Assembly (NCBI GenBank): GCA_048213135.1
Contig: PS015077.1
Span: 114,917-157,591 of the forward strand
Direction: 5' to 3'
DNA: 42,675 bases
Source of the DNA: Reclinomonas americana ATCC 50394
Taxonomy: Eukaryota
Numbering within the stretch: position 1 is the stretch's first letter; every line of letters begins with the position of its first letter. A model generated the notes under the pieces. That model had not been told where the DNA came from. It worked only from the letters and a program-made list of their open reading frames with translations, and did no database searches. This document shows, in pieces, positions 1-12,358 of this stretch. A program made the translations under genes and the position numbers.

Positions 1-53
1 GTGTGTGTGGAGAGAAAGAGAGAGATCCGACTGACTGGTGGCGACACACGCAG

Positions 54-1038
54 ACACGCGGGTTACTCGTACTCGGGGCCCACTGCCGCACACTCGTTCC
101 AGCACATCCCGCCAGAGGGCATGTTGCGTGTGCTTTCCCCGCCCCCTCGTTGTTCTTGTAGGTTGCGGGCGTCTGACCACGCGCGCGCACCTAGTCGTCG
201 TGTGTTTATCCTCGGCCCGTCGCACCACGTGTACTTTGAGAACATTTGCCTGCCGAGTGTGTCGGTGTACGAGACGCCACTGGGAAACCTCACCATTGAT
301 GCCGCAGGTGCACGGTTCTGCGTGTCTCTCTCTCTCTCTCTCGCTCTTCTGCTGGCACTGATTCTCTCTCTCTCTGGCACCCCGGTCAGTCGTGCAAGAG
401 CTGGCGCGCACCGGCAAGTTTGATCAGGTGGAGGCGCACGCCGATGAGGAGGAGCACAGCATTGAGATGCAGCTGCCGTACATTGCCAAGCTGATGGCGG
501 GGTACGTACGTCGCGGAGGAAGAACCGTGCTCTCTGCTTGCTCACCGCGACTGAGACAACTGCTTTTGCGCGCACACGCAGTCGTGAGTACACGATCGTG
601 CCGCTGATGGTCGGGGCGACGACGGGTGCCACCGAGGCCATGTACGGCGAGTTGCTGGCGCCGTACTTTACGCCGGAAAATCTCTTTGTGATCTCCTCCG
701 ACTTTTGCCACTGGGGCAAGCGGTGCGTCTCGTCCGCGCATGTTTTTCTTGCGTGCAAAACTCACACCGTGCGTGTCAGCTTCCGGTACACACACTACGA
801 GGAGAGAGATGGTCCGATCCATCGCAGCATCGAGCGGCTAGACAAGCGTGGCATGGAGCTCATCGAGGCGCTGGACGCCGACGGTTTCCTCAAGTACCTG
901 AGCGAGACGCGCAACACCATCTGCGGTCGCCATCCCATCTCCGTGCTTTTGCATGTTGCGTGGTCTCCACACATACACACACATACTCATACGCGCACAC
1001 ATACTCCCACTGACACACAGACAGACAGAAAGACAGGC

Positions 1039-1133
<95 letters not shown>

Positions 1134-1434
1134 GACAGACAGACAGAGACAGACAGACGGAGACAGAGACAGACAGAAAGAGAGAGAGACAGAGACAGAG
1201 ACAGACAGAGAGAGAGAGACAGAGAGAGAGACAGATAGACAGACAGACAGACAGACAGACACACACACACGCACACACGTCGCCATCTCAAGCTGTAGTA
1301 CCCCGCAGATGTTGAAGCACGTGAGCACTCGCGTGCAATGTCGCTTCGTGCACTACGCACAAAGCTCGCCGGCCAAGACCGCGCAAGACTCGTCAGTCAG
1401 CTACGCCGCGGGTGTGGTCACCGATGCCGACTGA
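54..1434 (+). CDS. MEMO1: MEMO1-family protein, 5'-truncated by window edge; exons ~54-122, 195-307, 390-501, 582-722, 780-954, 1309-1434
   Basis: Spliced translation has the MEMO1 motifs [47 protein letters not shown] and DSSVSYAA. All junctions are in-frame GT-AG; TGA at 1432-1434. Confidence 0.95.
1014..1270. repeat. (GACA)n/(GA)n microsatellite inside the last MEMO1 intron
   Basis: Visible GACA tandem run with interspersed GA runs; it lengthens intron 955-1308. Confidence 0.95.
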
Positions 1435-1963
1435 ACGAGAGAGAGACGGACTGTGGTGTGTGTGCATGTACAAAGTGCTGTACAATTGCTGAAACATGAA
1501 TGTAAGAGAGACAAAGACGAGAGGGAGGGAAGAGGAGGAGTCACGTGCCGATGCCGACTGACTGAGAGAGACGGACTGCGGTGTGTGTATACATGTACAA
1601 AGGACTGTACAATTGCTGAAACATGAATGTAAGAGAGACAGAGGAAGGGAAGAGGAGGGAAGAGGAGGGAAGAGGGAGGAGGAGGAGGGAAAGGATCACT
1701 TGACGATGCCGACCGACTGAGAGAGATGGACTGTGGTGTGTGTGTGTATACATGTACAAAGTGCTGTACAATTGCTGAAACATGAATGTAAGGGAGACGA
1801 AAACGAGAGGGAGGGAAGAGGAGGGAGAAGGAGGAGGGAAAGGATCACTTGCTGATGCCGACAGACAGAGATGGACTGTGGTGTGTGTGTATACATGTAC
1901 AAAGGGCTGTACAATTGCTGAAACATGAATGTAAGAGAGACAAGAGGGAAGAGGATCACTTGG
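1423..1963. repeat. Four tandem copies (~110-155 bp) of the spacer between two convergent genes
   Basis: The core CATGTACAAAG..CTGTACAATTGCTGAAACATGAATGTAAG recurs at ~1465, 1592, 1751 and 1894. Each copy starts with GATGCCGAC and ends with a TCACTTG-like motif. Confidence 0.9.
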
Positions 1964-2390
1964 CAGGCAAGTTCCGATCCATCCACGGTCGCAGTCGCGG
2001 AATGTTGGTCATGTACACTGGCGAAAGGTCGAGCCACTCGTGCTTCTTCACCTGCGCACCGCGTGAGTACAGTGAGCACAGTGTGAGCGAGAGACCGAAG
2101 CGGGGAACAGGAGAGCACCTCATCGGCTTTGAGCAACCGGTCATCCGGCTGCTGCGGTTTGAGATGACGCGGTGATGTGCGACCTGCCGAGCGAGAGAGT
2201 GAGAATGTGTGTGTGTGTGTGTGTGTGAGAGAGAAAGCGTGATTCGACACATACACACCCTTCTCCGCGTAGACTTTCTGCTCATTCAGCTCCGTCACCT
2301 TCCACCCAATCTCTCCTGATGATCGCCAACCACCACCAGTCAAAAAACCAAACCAAGAATGTGATGATGCTCAGAGGCACATCAAGTCAC

Positions 2391-2444
<54 letters not shown>

Positions 2445-2616
2445 GGAGAGAGAGAGACTGACCGGCACGTGCCGCTGGCTTCCTCGGACTGACTCCTCCT
2501 CTTTGCTGTTGTTGTTGTTGGTGTGTTGTTCTGGGAGAGCCCGTCATGGCGGGGTAGTTGGGCTTGAGGGCCAACTCCTCACGTGCAGCGGTGCCTCGTG
2601 TGTAGCGGAGACTCAT
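1956..2616 (-). CDS. Small hypothetical protein (~150 aa, about 4 exons)
   Basis: ATG at 2616 (MSLRYTRG...). Open blocks join in frame across GT-AG introns, two of which are CA-microsatellite-rich: ...GWKVTELNEQKVYAEK / GRTSPRHLKP...KADE / VKKHEWLDLSPVYMTNIPRLRPWMDRNLPAK*. No family recognised. Confidence 0.55.
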
Positions 2617-2978
2617 TGCGTTGTCTCACACGCTCTCGTCAATCCGGACACACCAATTGATTGCCACAAATGTGGATCCGGAGAAGCATCCGGCTGGTAG
2701 CAATAAGCTACTTGTGTTACTACTTTTATTCTTCAAGCAGCAACGCAGCTGTGAGGTGATCAAGTGAGCAACAGAAACGTCGACGTCGATCGACGTCGCG
2801 ACTTCCGAGGATGCGGAATTCGAATTCGAATTCGAGAAATCCGTGCTGCTGCCATTGTGGCTGGTGTTTGCATGTGTGTTCTTGGTTAGATTTAGAGGGT
2901 CATAGTCAGGAGAAACGCATTGTCTACAAAATCCGCCCGCCAAAAACAATTTCACGCTTTTGTGCGAGAGAAGAACAC

Positions 2979-5900
2979 ATGGGCGAGAAGCATTCGCGCC
3001 CGATTTCGTCGTCAAGCTCCTCATCGCTTTCGACCGATGTGTCAGGAACCTCCGCCGCAACGACCCCAGCAGCCACCTCAGCAGTGCCTCGCGTCAAGAC
3101 TGTGCCACTGAGTGCGTTTGCCGACCTTGCGGTGTTGCGATCGTCGTCGACCATGGCGGGAGTCGGAGGCGCGGAGAGCCCCGGGACGGGGCGTGGACTG
3201 GTGGCGAGTGGAGGATCGGTGACACGAGCACCTCCGTCACATCGCTGGCCACTTGGCCGCGCCTCGTGCGGCCACGCAATGGTCTCGCTGACGATTCCTC
3301 GCCGATGTCCGATTCGGCGAAACGATGACGACGATGACGACGACGACGGCGCGACTAGCCATGGTCTCGACGACGAGCAAGACTTTTGCGACGACGCGAC
3401 GGCGGTCTTTGGCGCCGGCGCCCACGCGTACAGAGGCAAAGTGGATCGTGCGCGATTGGCCATGTTTGTCATTGGCGGAGTCTCGGCGGCCGGATCCGGG
3501 CAGCGCGCGGCCCTCGGCGACGCCTGGATCTACTCACTTGGTGCGTTGAGAGCGAGGGTGTGCGTGTGTGGAAGGGGTGTTGGGCGAGAGAGAGAGAGAG
3601 GAGGGGGAGAACCCAGAAGAAGAATTTCGAAAATAATCCGGCACGAGTGTGTGTCGAAAAACCAATTTGCCGCTGTGGTGTTGTGTGTGACGATTCTCCG
3701 CCTTTCACTCTCGCACACTCACACACTCTTCTTGCTGTGATGTGGTGGTAGTTGCGCCATTGTGCGGGTTCCCGCCACACACAACGTTCCTCTCCACATC
3801 ATTTCCTTCTCCACTCTCTCACTGTCTTGCCCAAAACCGAAAGTACGCACTCACTCATTCCGCACTCTCTCTCTCTCTCCGCCTCTCTCTCTCTCTTTCC
3901 GTGCACACACAGAGGATGGCGCCTGGCAGACAGTGCCCATATGCGGTGACATTATGCCTCCACTGTCGCACGTGAGTGTGATTCCCGTGACACGCGTTCG
4001 CGCCAAATCCTCTTCTTCCGCGACTGGCGATGATGATGATGACGCGGGTGCATTTGCCGCACTCATGGACGACGATGTTGGTCACGGACACATGCCGTTC
4101 ACTATTGGTCGTCGTGAGAAGGAGGCAGAGGAGGAGGAGGATGAAGTGGTCGAGTTGTTGTTGATTCCCGCCTCCGAGGTGGCGCCATCGTCGGATCGGA
4201 AACCGACACCGTCGTCTGAGCACGACAATAGCAACTTGTCGGGACGTACTGTGTTCAAGATCACCTTGCGTGCCACCTCAGGTACGCCTTTTCGCTTGCA
4301 CGTTGTTGTTTTTCCGAGGCCAGTTCCTCACCGTTCTGTGTATGTAGACAAGGATGTGCGAGCGCAGTGCGTGCGGACCACGATGCATCCGGGTCCGGCG
4401 GTGCCGACGCGGTATCGTGCGGCGTCTCCGCTGGATGGAGGACAGCGGGCGTTCATGCTGGCCATGGGCAGCGATCCGTACCAGCGAGGCTTTGTGCTGG
4501 ACTGCAGTTTCGTCCATTGTTGGCCACTGGTGTGTGGCATTCACTCACGACACCGGCGCGATGTGTAGACACGTTGCATTGTCAGCCACTGCCTCTGCAT
4601 GGCGACTTGCCGCCGCCGACGCTGGCCGAGTTCTGCATGGTGTCTCTCGACGGACCCGACCAGCGTGTATTTGTGTGGGGCGGCTTTTGCGCGCTGACCG
4701 GTCAGAACGCCGATCCGTCGCTGGCCTACACCATCCACCCCCGCACCGGCATTTGCACGCAGCATGTGTTGCGAGGTCAGATTCCTGTGGCCTCGCGCGG
4801 CGCCAGTGCCGTCTTTTCGTCGCCCAACACGCTGCTGATTCATGGCGGTCGCGAGACCGCCGGCGATCAGACCACCGGTCGCCTGTATGCCGTCAATCTG
4901 CGTTGCGTGCGCCACTCCTGTCTACACACGTGCCACCGAATCGCGGTCCCTCACTTGTCGTGTGACTGCAGGCACGTTCGAGTGCAGCCTGGTGTGCGCC
5001 ACCGAGTTTGCGGCGTCGGAGCATGCCATGTCGTTTGTGCGCAGGCCGGCCACCGACACCCGCCTCCATCCCTCCGCGTGCCTCCTCCTGTTTGGCGGTC
5101 GCTCCAATGGCTGGATCCAGAACGACTTGTGTCAGATCGAGTGCGACGGATCGGTGCTGAGTTGCGTGGGTGCTGCTCTTTTCAATTGACGTGGCTGTTG
5201 TCTCACCCGACCTCTGCTGCTGCTGCTGCCGTGACAGTGGACAATGGCGACATTGACATGGCGCAGGTGCAGGAGTCGATGATGATGGACTCGATGCGCA
5301 TTTCGTATTTCAGGAGTGCCCGAGCGCCTGCGCCGGCTCCCGCACAGACTCTTCCCGCTCCGCCGCCGCCACCGCCATCATCAACGTTGATGCCGTCAGC
5401 CACGTCGGCCTTTGCATCGTCGGCCGCGGCCATGGCCGCCGTGGCGTCTGCGCAAATCGCGTCTCCCACTTCTCCGCCGCCGCCACCGCCGTCGACACCG
5501 CAAAAGGCGGCGGCACCACAGGAGGCATCGGTCAAGTCTCCGCGCATCACGCTCGACAGCCTCTTCAAGCTGCGGTCGCCCGATCGTGGCATTTCCGACG
5601 ACGACGACGACGAGCTTGGCGAGAGGGATCGTGACGACGGTCGCGACATGTTTGTGGTGGTGGAGGACGGATGCGATGTGTGGCCAGATGTGGACGACAC
5701 CACTCTCCTCGCCGGTGACCCGCAGCCAAGTGGCGCCGGCGTCAGTGGCAGCAGCAGCTGCGAGATCCGNNNNNNNNNNNNNNNNNNNNNNNNNNNNNNN
5801 NNNNNNNNNNNNNNNNNNNNNNNNNNNNNNNNNNNNNNNNNNNNNNNNNNNNNNNNNNNNNNNNNNNNNNNNNNNNNNNNNNNNNNNNNNNNNNNNNNNN

Positions 5901-8900
5901 NNNNNNNNNNNNNNNNNNNNNNNNNNNNNNNNNNNNNNNNNNNNNNNNNNNNNNNNNNNNNNNNNNNNNNNNNNNNNNNNNNNNNNNNNNNNNNNNNNNN
6001 NNNNNNNNNNNNNNNNNNNNNNNNNNNNNNNNNNNNNNNNNNNNNNNNNNNNNNNNNNNNNNNNNNNNNNNNNNNNNNNNNNNNNNNNNNNNNNNNNNNN
6101 NNNNNNNNNNNNNNNNNNNNNNNNNNNNNNNNNNNNNNNNNNNNNNNNNNNNNNNNNNNNNNNNNNNNNNNNNNNNNNNNNNNNNNNNNNNNNNNNNNNN
6201 NNNNNNNNNNNNNNNNNNNNNNNNNNNNNNNNNNNNNNNNNNNNNNNNNNNNNNNNNNNNNNNNNNNNNNNNNNNNNNNNNNNNNNNNNNNNNNNNNNNN
6301 NNNNNNNNNNNNNNNNNNNNNNNNNNNNNNNNNNNAGTCAGTCCGGACGACGACGACGACGACGGGCACCATCACCGGCATGTGCCGCAGAACCCTTCCC
6401 CCGATATTTTTGCGTCGTCGCAAGACCTGCTTGACAACGGCCTGCCGCTGCCAACAGAGCCGGTGGCCTCGTTTGGCGAGGTTTGTGGCGATTCTCTTAT
6501 TTGTGTGCATCTCGTTGCCATGGAGTCACTGACTCGACGCAGCTCACGGAGCCAATTGAGTTGTCGGCCAGTGTGGAGCTGGACCCCATCTTTGAGGTGT
6601 TGCGACAGCAGGCCGAGGCTGATGTGGAGTTTGCCAACGCCAGGGCGCGCGAGGTGCACGAATTCGTCGACACGAGTGTGTGGTGAATTAAATCACGTCC
6701 TGCTTGGTGCGTTTGGAGGATTACTGACTCGTGCGTCGTGCAGCTGGAGCGATCGACTGGGCGCAATGGTGGCCGAGCGTAATGTTTGCTTCCGCAAGGC
6801 TTTGGCTCGTCTGCAGGACGTTGCCGAGCACGCCCGCATCCTCCCATACTTGCAGTCACCGTCCCCCCTAAATGCGGGTACGTCTAGATCTCTTTGTCTA
6901 TTTGAAAAGTTGTCAACAGGTGATGACTGGATTGCGTGCTCGCAGATCTCGTGTCCATTCGCACGCCGCCGAAGCGATACACACCCTCTGTGCCGCTCTC
7001 TCCCTTCCCGGCTCAAGACCGCGACTTTGAGAATGGATCCATGCACTCGTCGATCTCGTCGACTGCGTCGCTGACATTTGTTGCGTGCACTCGCTTCGGT
7101 GTTGATTTTCAGTTGCTGATTACTTGTCGTGGCACAGGGACGGTCGGTGAACACGGCCATGCTGCTTGACGAGTATGCCTGCCTGGCCGACCAGTTCAGC
7201 ACCGCTGTTAGCTTGCACGAACGGGCGACACAGTTGACCAACGAGTTGCAGTTGAAACGACGTCGTGCTGCCATGCAGCGCTTCACCGTGCAGGAGAGCG
7301 AGGTGTGCTCCCCCCACATATGTGTATTGTTGTTTCTTGTGCCTCTGCTGCTGACCTCCTCCTGACAGGGCCATTTCGCGAAAGCCGCACACGCAACATC
7401 TTCGTCTCTCGACGACCTACGTTCGCTCCGTGCGACCACCATGGCGGCTGAGCAGGCGCTGCAGGCGGCCGAGGACGAGGTGCGACAGCTGGAATGCGTG
7501 GTCCACGAGTTGCTCGAGCAACATGGCCAGGCGTTGCCGGAAATGCAGCTGCGCTTCTCGTGGGATGCCAAGGTACGCTCACGCACCGCGCAAGGGGGGG
7601 AAAGGTGCTGCCTTTTTCTGATTTGACAGTCTCGCAGGCACGTCAGCTGGTCCCTCGCCGTCTCCTGTCGTATTTCCGCGATGGTCGACGTCTGCGCGAC
7701 TTTGACGCGTGCAGCGGTTCTGTGAATCGCGCTCTCTTCCCGGCCACGTGCGTCGCGCGCCCACCTCCGTCTCGCCGCACTGCTGCCGTCTTTCTCATTT
7801 CCCCTCTCTCCTTCTTGCTCCACGTGCAGACACAAGCACAATCGGACGCACCACATTCTCCAGCGCATGGCGGTTGGCGACAACGCATCCGCTGGCGAAT
7901 ACAGCCTCCAGCTGTGGCAACTGATTGGCTCGCTGACTGCGGTGCGTGTGGCCAGCCGCATGTGCTGGGATTTGACGGCAGGGGGCACTGATGGTCGTCT
8001 TCTTGTTTGCAGGTGCACAGTCCTTACGTGCAACGCGTCGAGGCGATTTTCTGCGAGGACGAGGCCAAGGGCCTGCTGTTCGCGCAAATGTCCAAGCCGA
8101 AGGGAAAGCTGTTGAGCGAATGGCTTGCCATGCGCGATCGACGGGAGCGTGACGTCCGCAACGTGCTGTTCATGATCCTGCAGGTGCGTTGTGTGCTCGT
8201 CCATTCTTGCTACCACAAAGCCGCTCACTCGCTCGGCGCACCTCTGCAGGGCTTGCGTGCATTGCATCAGGCCGAGGTGTGCCACGGAGCACTCTCGTGC
8301 GATTCGATTGTTGTGCAAGAGCACAGCGATGTGCCGGTGCTCATGGTTGAGCTCGCTCGGATGAGGGCATTTGATGTCAGGGGCGGTGGTGCGTCGGCCT
8401 TTCCCTCTCGTCTGGTTGCTTGCTGTATTACTCACTTGGTACACGCGCACCCAGCCGATGACATGAAGGCCTTTGGTTGCGTCCTGTATCGCTCACTGAC
8501 CGGCGTCGACGCCACCACGATTCCGCGCTACGGCTTCGCGTCGCTCACGGAGCCCTTCAACTGCCTGACCCAGTCGCTGGTGAGTCGTGTTTTTCTTTAC
8601 TGCTGTATCTCTCTCTTTGTTGCTGACAATGTTGTGCAGATGAACGACGATGCAACGGAACGTCCGTCGGCAGTCGAAGCGCTGTGCCACCCATACTTTG
8701 CGCCGTGTCGAGTTCAGGCCTCCAGTCTGTTCCGCGGCGCCACCAGTCGGCCACCAGCAGAGCTTGTGTGGTGTGTGCACGAGTCACCTCGACTCTGTTC
8801 GATCATGTTGCTTAAGGAGAGTGTGTGTGCATGCAGGGACATTCGACACAACATTATCAATGCACAGAGGCGACAGCGGCATTTGTGCGCCGACAAGGAG

Positions 8901-10401
8901 CCGGTGAGTCGTCGCACCTGGCTGCTCGACCGTGCTCGCTTTCTCATTGATTTTTTTTTGTTTTCCGTACCCGTTAGGCCGTGCTGCTGGTACGACGCAC
9001 ACACCTGGTCACCGACTTGCTGGCTGGCGGGGCCGACAGCAGCTGCCCACCGGACAAGTGGAACCGATTCATGCGTGTCGAGTTTCTCGAGAACAACGGT
9101 GTCGCTGGCGCGGTCAGCAAGCCCGGTCGTCTGGTGGACGTGATTGGCCCGGTTCGTTGTCGCAGCAGTTAGTTGTTCGTGCACGTCGCCGAGACTGACG
9201 TGCAGTCGCGTCCGCGCGTAGTTCTGTCGTGCAGTGTGCTGGGGAACCGTCGCCTTTGAGGTGTTTAGTGACACTGTGGTGTTGCCGCGCGCCATCAATG
9301 GCCTCGGATGCCCGGAACTCGTCTCGTGTCAACGGTACGCACGCTTCTGTTCGCGCCAAGAGTCCCTGTGTGCTCACTGTGCATGGTGGTGCAGGATTCT
9401 CGTCACACTCGGCCACTTGCTGGCACTCTGCGTCGAGTGCGACAAGTGTGTTCCATCGTTCCTGCGACTGCCGATCCTGTGGGATATGCTTGCGCGTTGC
9501 GTCTCGTGTTCTGTACCCTGCCCCCCTTGCTCTCCGTTTGCTTGTCGACTGAGAGTGTTGCGACTACTGCAGCGCACTCCTGGCTGCGCCGTGCCTGCGA
9601 AGACAACCGCGTTCCCGATGCACAGGTGGTCGATCGCGCCGAGCGGCTGCTGGCAACATGGCAGCTGGTGAGCACCGACGAGGCGCGTACCATGCGCGCC
9701 CTTTTGGCTTCGTCCAACACACCGGTGCCGGAGGCGCTGGTGGAGGCCATTGACGGCGGCTTGTACGGCGCGTGTGGCATGCCAGGTGAGTCGAGTTCGT
9801 GGCATGTGTCCACGAGAAAAAGAAAAGGGAACTGACTGATGGCTGCCTCGCAGACGTGGCCGACACGACATTAGTGGGCCGAGCACGCCTGGTGTGCGCC
9901 ATTATTGTGTCCAAGCTGGGCGGTCACGGACGCTTGGCGGCCTTTGACTTCATTCGCGAGGGTCTCACGCTGCGCTGCCTCAACACACTGGACGCGTCGG
10001 TGCGTCGCTCGGTGGCGGTCGCGATGGGACCGCGAGAGTGGATGATGCTGCTGTCGCCGGAGGAGACAATCGATCGCGCGTCACTGGTGGCCGCGCTGAC
10101 CTACGACAACGTGCCGGACCCGGCCATGGTGCAGCACGTACTCATGTGCATGCTGAGCGACGACGAACTGCGATTGCTGCTCGAGTACGTCACCGGCGCA
10201 CCAGCACTGTCACTGGACTCGCCCGGCGCGCACCACTCGGTGCCGGCCATTCGCATCCGCGGCGTCAATACATCGGCCAAGAACGGGCCCTCCAGTCACG
10301 TAGCAGTTCGCCAGCTCACCATCAGCACCACCAGTGACTCGGCCACGGCACTTCGCGATCACATACTGACCGCCTTGCGACTTCACTTGCAGTCGATGTG
10401 A
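2979..10401 (+). CDS. Multidomain protein: Kelch-like repeats, Pro-rich/acidic linker, coiled coil, degenerate protein-kinase domain, C-terminal HECT-like domain. Continuity across the gap at 5770-6335 is assumed.
   Basis: Kelch motifs: MFVIGG..LGDAWIY, VFVWGG, LLIHGG, LLLFGG..NDL. Kinase fold: ILQGLRALHQAEVCHGAL, DMKAFGCVLY, ERPSAVEALCHPYF. HECT-like: LLVRRTHLVTD..RVEF, LGHLLA, LRLLLEYVTG, PSSHVAVRQL. Exons splice in frame. Confidence 0.7.
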
Positions 10402-10686
10402 TCCGCTTTGTGTACATGTGTTTGTTTGTATTTGTTTGTTGTTGTTGCAGTTTGCATGTGTTGCCTTGTATGTTTGTTTTGCAGAAAAAGAAGGAGAAAG
10501 AGGAAAAGAAATGTACAGAAAAGTTGCATGTTGTCATGCGTCCCACCACAGTTTTTTCTTGTTGTTGCGTGCCAGCACCAAGCGTCTGCACCCTCTTGCA
10601 TACCATCGTGCATTCTCACTGTCTTCCTCTCTCTTCCTTCCTCTCTCCTTCTCTCTCTCTCAATTCACAGTTTTTCAGTGTCCACC

Positions 10687-12108
10687 ATGCATATGGAACC
10701 AGTGCAGTTCTTCGGGCTGGAGATCGCCCCCAAGAAGTCGTTCGCGTCGGAGGTGCCGCAGGGTGCGTTGCCTTTACACAACGAGCGAGTGCATGTAGAC
10801 AGTGAGAGAGAGAGAAAAACAACGACTGACTTTTGTCATGTTTCTTTGCGCATGCACAGGCGCAAGTCTCCGCGTTACTCAGGTACGTGCATGTGCTGCA
10901 GCGAGAGACTGCATGTGCGAGAGAGAAAGAAAAAAACAGAAAAAAAGTGGTTGTCTCGTGCACATGTGCATGTGCACCACGGTTGCATTTTTTTCCATAG
11001 ACCAACTTTTTTTTCTCTCTCTTCTTTTTTGCGTATGCAGGCGGCGCTTGATCCCAAGTCGCCGGCCAACGAGCGCTCGACTCTGTACGTGTCGATCAAC
11101 GAGGACAAGTTTGTGCTGGCCAACTTCAAGACGGGCCTGTGCGAGAACGTGCCTCTGAATGTCGTCTTTAGCGAGGGCAGCGAGGTCAGCTTCAGCGTCA
11201 GTGGCAACGGCACTGTGCATCTGACTGGCTACTACGAGGCCTCAGTCGAGGAGCTGTTGCGTTTTTCATTGCAAGGATCATGATTGATTGTCCGTGAGCT
11301 GACTTGTAGTGCAGTGGTTTCGGTGAGGAGGGCGAGGAGGAGGATGAGTTCTCTGACGATGATGAGATGGATCTGGACGACGACGACGACAGCAGCAGCA
11401 GCGAGGAGGAGAAGCCTGCGGCTGGCAAGAAGAGGGCAGCGTCGGGCAAGCCGCAGGAGGGCGAGCCGCCGCAGAAGGCGGTGAAGCAGGAGGCCAAGCA
11501 GGCGGCTCCGGCGGCCAATGGCGAGAAGGGTGGCAAGCAGGGCAAGCAAGGCAAGCCGCAGCAGCAGCAGGCTCCGGCCNNNNNNNNNNNNNNNNNNNNG
11601 CTTCGCCGGCGCCGCAGGGTGAGAAGGGTGGCAAGCAGGGCAAGCAGGGCAAGCCGCAGCAGCAGCAGCAGAAGCCGCCGCAGTCTCCGGCCGCGTCGCC
11701 AGCGCCGCAGGGTGAGAAGGGTGGCAAGCAGGGCAAGCAGCAGCAGCAGCAGAAGCCGCCGCAGTCTCCGGCTGCCTCGTCAGCGCCGGAGGGTGAGAAG
11801 GGTGGCAAGCAGGGCAAGCAGGGCAAGCCGCAGCAGNNNNNNNNNNNNNNNNNNNNAAGCCGCCGCAGTCCCCGGCCGCGTCGCCCGCCCCTCAGGGTGA
11901 GAAGGGTGGCAAGCAGGGCAAGCAAGGCAAGCCGCAGCAGCAGCAGCAGAAGCCGCCGCAGTCCCCGGCCGCGTCGCCAGCACCTCAGCCCAAGCAGGGT
12001 GGCAAGAAGAACAAGGTGGGTGATTTTGTGTTACGTGTGCGCTGTCTTCTCGCTTGAGTGCTTACAACCATCGCCGATTTAACGCAGGGTCAGGAGCAGA
12101 AGAAGTAA
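10687..12108 (+). CDS. Nucleoplasmin-like (NPL; HD2/FKBP39-type) protein with acidic tract and K/Q/P-rich repeat tail
   Basis: FFGLEIAP..LRVTQAAL..STLYV..KFVL..VPLNVVF..VSFSVSGNGTVHLTGYY is the typical NPL beta-jellyroll signature. It is followed by a D/E tract and a basic tail; TAA at 12106-12108. Confidence 0.85.
11519..12000 (+). repeat. Coding tandem repeat encoding GEKGGKQGKQGKPQQQQQKPPQSPAASPAPQ-like units (at least 5 copies)
   Basis: GAGAAGGGTGGCAAGCAGGGCAAGCA recurs five times. Two short N gaps suggest collapsed copies. Confidence 0.9.
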
Positions 12109-12358
12109 ACAACCCTGGTGCGCAGCAGTGTATCTTCACTCCCAGTGATCACCGCACTCGGCTTGCTCGCCTCGTAGCTTGGACCAAACTTAACAAGAAA
12201 AAATACACGCCTCTTTTTGTCTCTTGAGGACGCTTGTTGTTGTGATGCGGACTGTTGTTGTTGTTGTGTTTCCAGTGTCCGCACCAGTCCTCGGGAGGCG
12301 CACTGCGAATGGCCGTCGTCCTTGGCCACCTCTGCTCCTCGACGATACAACATTCTGC

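Noticed and set aside
538-1434. QTDR-repeat or SVCL-repeat proteins in the ORF track
   Set aside because: These are translations of an intronic GACA microsatellite.
1423-1963. CRISPR array
   Set aside because: Eukaryotic context, long units and no unique spacers.
4367-6532. Long ORFs spanning N runs (here and at the other gaps) and long antisense ORFs such as 6693-8450
   Set aside because: Artefacts of gaps and of stop-poor GC-rich sequence opposite real exons.
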